A stretch of 64,000 bases of DNA from an uncultured Pseudomonadota bacterium. Its GTDB lineage: Bacteria; Myxococcota_A; Polyangia; Fen-1088. Shown here piece by piece: positions 59,484 through 64,000 of the stretch. A model generated the notes under the pieces. It ran no database searches, was not told where the DNA came from, and saw only the letters and a program-made list of their open reading frames with translations. Position 1 is the first letter of the stretch, and the number at the start of each line of letters is the position of its first letter. Both the position numbers and the translations under genes were made by a program. The stretch lies in assembly GCA_963778795.1 (NCBI GenBank), contig CAVZVU010000006.1:201184-265183 (forward strand), read 5' to 3'.

Positions 59484-60900
59484 ATTCTGGCGCCGAGGTT
59501 CCGCGCCGCTTCCTGAAACGTCGGCGACCGCCGCCGTCGGCCGCCTGGTCAGCGACGGGTCGAACGCGAAGTCGATCGAGAACAACCCGAAGCGCCCGCG
59601 ATAGCCGTGCGACCACTCGAAGTTGTCCATCAGCGACCAGTAGATGTAGCCGATGACGTCGGCCCCCTCCGCGCGCGCGCGGTCGAGCGCGTAGATGTGC
59701 GCGCGGATGAAGTCGGCGCGGCGCGTGCCGGCGTTGTCGGCGATGCCGTTCTCGGTGACCAGCAGCGGCCAGCCGTAGGTCTTGTAGTGCGTGAGCAGTC
59801 GATAGAGACCCTCGGGATAGATCTCCCAGCCCATGTCGCTGCGAGGCAGCTCCGGTGGCGCGGTCGGCACGTAGTGGTCGGGGCCGAGCAGGTGCCCGAT
59901 CACGAACTCGCGCGTGTAGTAGTTGACTCCCAGGTAGTCGAAGGTGCCCGCCAGCGCCGGGTAGGCTTCGTCGATGTCGATCGCGCGCGGGATCGAGATC
60001 CGGATCCGTCCCTTGGCGACGCTGTCGAGAAAGGCGTCGTTGTAGAACGAGGCGGCGATCGCCGGCGACGAAGCCGTCGATCGGGTTCGCGGTCGCGGCG
60101 TCGAAGATGCGCAGGTTCTGGGCGATGCCGACGCGGGTCGCGCGCCCGTCACCGTCGGCGTCGGCGACGTCGGTCCGGCGCAGGGCGGCGGTCGCCAGCG
60201 CGTGGGCCTTCATGAGCGCGCGCAGCACCTCGCCGGCGCGCCGCGGGTCCTTCACGCCCGGCGGCCATTGACCGGCGAGGTAGCCCTTGGCGACGTAGAC
60301 GTTGGGCTCGTTGATCGTGCACCAGAGGTCGACCGAGGCCCCGAACGCCGCGCCGGCGCGCGCCGCGAACGCCGCGAACGCCTCGGGCGCCCCCGGCCAT
60401 TCCCAGCCGCCGCGATCGGCGATCCAGGTCGGCAGCGTGAAGTGATAGAGCGTGACCATCGGCTGGATGTGCGCCGCCACCAGCGACTGCAGCATCTCGC
60501 GATAGCGCGCGGCGCTGGCCTCGTCCCAGACCCCTTCCGCCGGCTCGAGGCGACTCCACTCGATCCCCAGCCGGTAGGTGTTGGCGCCCAGCAGCTGCAA
60601 GGCGGCGAGGTCGGCGCGCCACAGGTTCCACGAATCGGCGGCCCGCGCCGCGCTGGCGCCGTCGAGCACGTGGGGCTGGCCGTCGGGGTAGCGCCCCTTC
60701 TCCCAGGCGGTCCAGTCGTTGTGGGTCCCGCCCTCGATCTGGTGCGCCGACGTCGCCGCGCCCAGCAAGAAACCGGCGGGCGCGCCGTCGAGCAGGCGGT
60801 GCGCGGCGATCGCCTCGGGCGCGAAGTGCAGGCGGTCGCGGCAACCGCCGCCCAGCAGCAGCGCTGCGAGGACGGCGGCGCGCCGCAGCGCCGTCGTCGC
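59475..60900 (-). CDS. glycoside hydrolase family 1 beta-glucosidase (frame breaks; no recognisable start codon)
   Basis: Motifs: FLLGAATSAHQIEGG, acid/base TINEPN, YHFTLP, nucleophile LVTENG, WSLMDNFEW. A break at ~60060 is clear, and there is a possible second at ~59519 (the alternative end ..FQEAARNLGARI-TAA at 59480-59482). Upstream in frame is the lipoprotein-like TTALRRAAVLAALLLGGGC, but with no ATG/GTG/TTG before the stop of the preceding gene. Confidence 0.85.
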
Positions 60901-61904
60901 TAGCGGCGGCGTCCCGCGCGTGCCGAAGATGCGCCCTTCTTCGTCTGGGCCTTGGTCTGGGCCTTGGTCTGGGCCTTGGTCTGGGCCTTGGCCTTGGTCC
61001 TGCCCTTCGCCTTGGCGGCGGTCGTCTTCTTCGCCTTGGCCGGCTTCCTCGCCTTGGCCGCCGCCTTCATCGTCTTGGCGGCCTTCATCGTCTTCGGCTT
61101 CGCGCTCTTCATCGACAGGCGAGTCACCTTCTTGGCGCTGGAGGCCTTGGCGGCCAGCTTGACCGGCTTCTTGGCGGCCGATTCGGCCTTGGCCTTGAGC
61201 GCCGGCTTCGCCGCCGGCTTGGCGCTGCGCGCGGCAGCGGCCTTGACCGGAGTGCGGGAAGGGCCAGCGGCGCGCACGCCATTTGCCGGCGAGGTCTTGG
61301 CCGTCGTCTTGGCCGTCTGGCGCACCTTGGCCTTGATGGCGTTCTGGCTCATCACCTTGGTGGGCGCCTCGGCGGTCACCGTCGGCTCGATGTCGACCAC
61401 CTCGGACGCGACATCGACGTCGAGGTCGAAATCATCGTCGTCGGCGTCGGCGCCCATGACCACCGCGGACCGTTCTCGCATCTCCGACCCGCCCGCCGAC
61501 AGCTCACCGTCGGCGAAGTAGTTCTTGAGGCGCGGTCAGATAGTACTCGTTCCAGCCCTGGCGGTAGCGGTCGCCCTGCCCGACGGGGATGTCGGTGTGC
61601 AGCAGCGTCACCAGCGTCCCGCCCAGCGTCGGCTCGAGCGTGATCTCGACGCGCGAATCGGGGCTCTCGGGCGGAAACTCCGTCGTGCGCCAGCTCTGCA
61701 CGATGCGCGTCCCTTCGTGGAGCTCCAGCGTGCGCCCCTTGATGTAGCCGCCAGCGGACTGATGCTCGCCGCCGACCTTCGGGGACCACCGTCGCCTCGT
61801 CGCCGGTGAACGCGCTGTGCTCGGCGCTGTCCATCCAGGCGCTGAAGATCCGCTGCTGGAGTGGCCGGAATGACCTCGGAGATCAGGATCGATTCGTTCG
61901 TCAC
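60900..61904 (-). CDS. SRPBCC/AHSA1-like domain apparently fused to an acidic linker and a Lys/Ala-rich histone-H1-like tail (three frame breaks)
   Basis: GTG 61904 lies 8 nt after AAGGAGG. The segments are: TNESILISEVIPATP; QQRIFSAWMDSAEHSAFTGDEATVVPE; VGGEHQSAGGYIKGRTLELHEGTRIVQSWRTTEFPPESPDSRVEITLEPTLGGTLVTLLHTDIPVGQGDRYRQGWNEYYL; PRLKNYFADGELSAGGSEMRERSAVVMGADADDDDFDLDV..AKPALKAKAESAAKKPVKL..KAQTKAQTKAQTKAQTKK. The breaks are at ~61860, ~61777 and ~61536. As written, the tail alone is ORF 60900-61481. Confidence 0.65.
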
Positions 61905-61975
61905 GGCATCGCCCTCCTTAGGGGCCAGGACACTATCATCTTCCGTGCTATACGGCACCCAAAGGTAAAGCACCG

Positions 61976-63570
<1,595 letters not shown>

Positions 63571-63595
<25 letters not shown>

Positions 63596-64000
63596 GCGGC
63601 CGGCGCGCGCGGCAGCACCATCACCGCCAGTCGATCCGACGGCAGCCACTCGCGATCGAAGCCGGCCAAGCTGTCCTCGCGCCAGCCGTCGGCGGGATCC
63701 AAGCTGAGGATGCGCCCGCGCGCAGGATTGATCCCGACGACGACCTGATAGTGGGCGAGCGCGCGATCGCCGTAGCGCTTCACCACCCCCACGACCACCG
63801 GGCGCCCGTGCCGGATCTCCCGCGTCAGATCGTCGATGCCGGCGCTGATCACGAACGCGTCGAGCCCGTACTCGAGCGCGAGATCGCGCAACTGCCCCGC
63901 GCGCCAGCCCTTGGCGGCCGCCACCGGGTCGCGCGCGTCGATGTCGGCGACGCTGGTCGGCGTCGTCCAGAACGACAGGACCATGGCCAGCGCCGCCGCG
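63571..64000 (-). CDS. C39-like papain-fold cysteine peptidase, C-terminal part (5' end outside window)
   Basis: The frame is open to the window edge (..AAALAMVLSFW, the usual context just after the C39 catalytic Cys). The His context is ALAHYQVVVG and the Asp context is ILSLDPADGW. It has a 25-nt convergent overlap with the ABC-F gene. Confidence 0.6.

Overview
This is a 64-kb high-GC (about 70% by eye) bacterial chromosomal segment. The protein style points to a myxobacterium-like organism, but that is inference only: giant TPR, HEAT and STAND proteins, many lipoproteins, Pro/Ala/Lys-rich tails, an expansin plus GH8/GH1 glycosidases, and a type IV prepilin peptidase. I can support about 55 protein-coding genes, mostly housekeeping. 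They include a short ethanolamine locus (eutB-eutC-eutL-eutT), ligA, GDP-mannose genes, rsfS-rlmH-gpmI, tatB-tatC, an HtrA protease, cyaY, fmdB-groES-groEL, hisG-murA, a DapL-like aminotransferase, a thiolase, miaB, two ABC ATPases and a DUF3516-type DEAD/DEAH helicase. I saw no rRNA, tRNA, CRISPR array, transposase or integrase. The main caveat is about 45 single-base frame breaks, mostly extra bases in short homopolymers. They interrupt many conserved genes, including groEL, murA and ligA, so the sequence looks like an under-polished assembly. Coordinates of broken genes are therefore homology-guided spans, not translatable ORFs. The most notable non-routine observations are: (1) a ~100-nt palindromic intergenic element present twice (46.9 and 55.3 kb); (2) a 165-nt MITE-like imperfect palindrome inside a lower-GC islet that carries a lipoprotein expansin (22.1-25.8 kb); (3) a eut locus whose EutC has an encapsulation-peptide-like N-terminus but whose only shell gene is eutL; (4) an SRPBCC/AHSA1 domain apparently fused to a histone-H1-like tail; (5) a membrane-spanning STAND NTPase-HEAT giant behind phased octamer repeats. 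I found no convincing novel multi-gene system such as a defence island, so that part of the brief is answered negatively.
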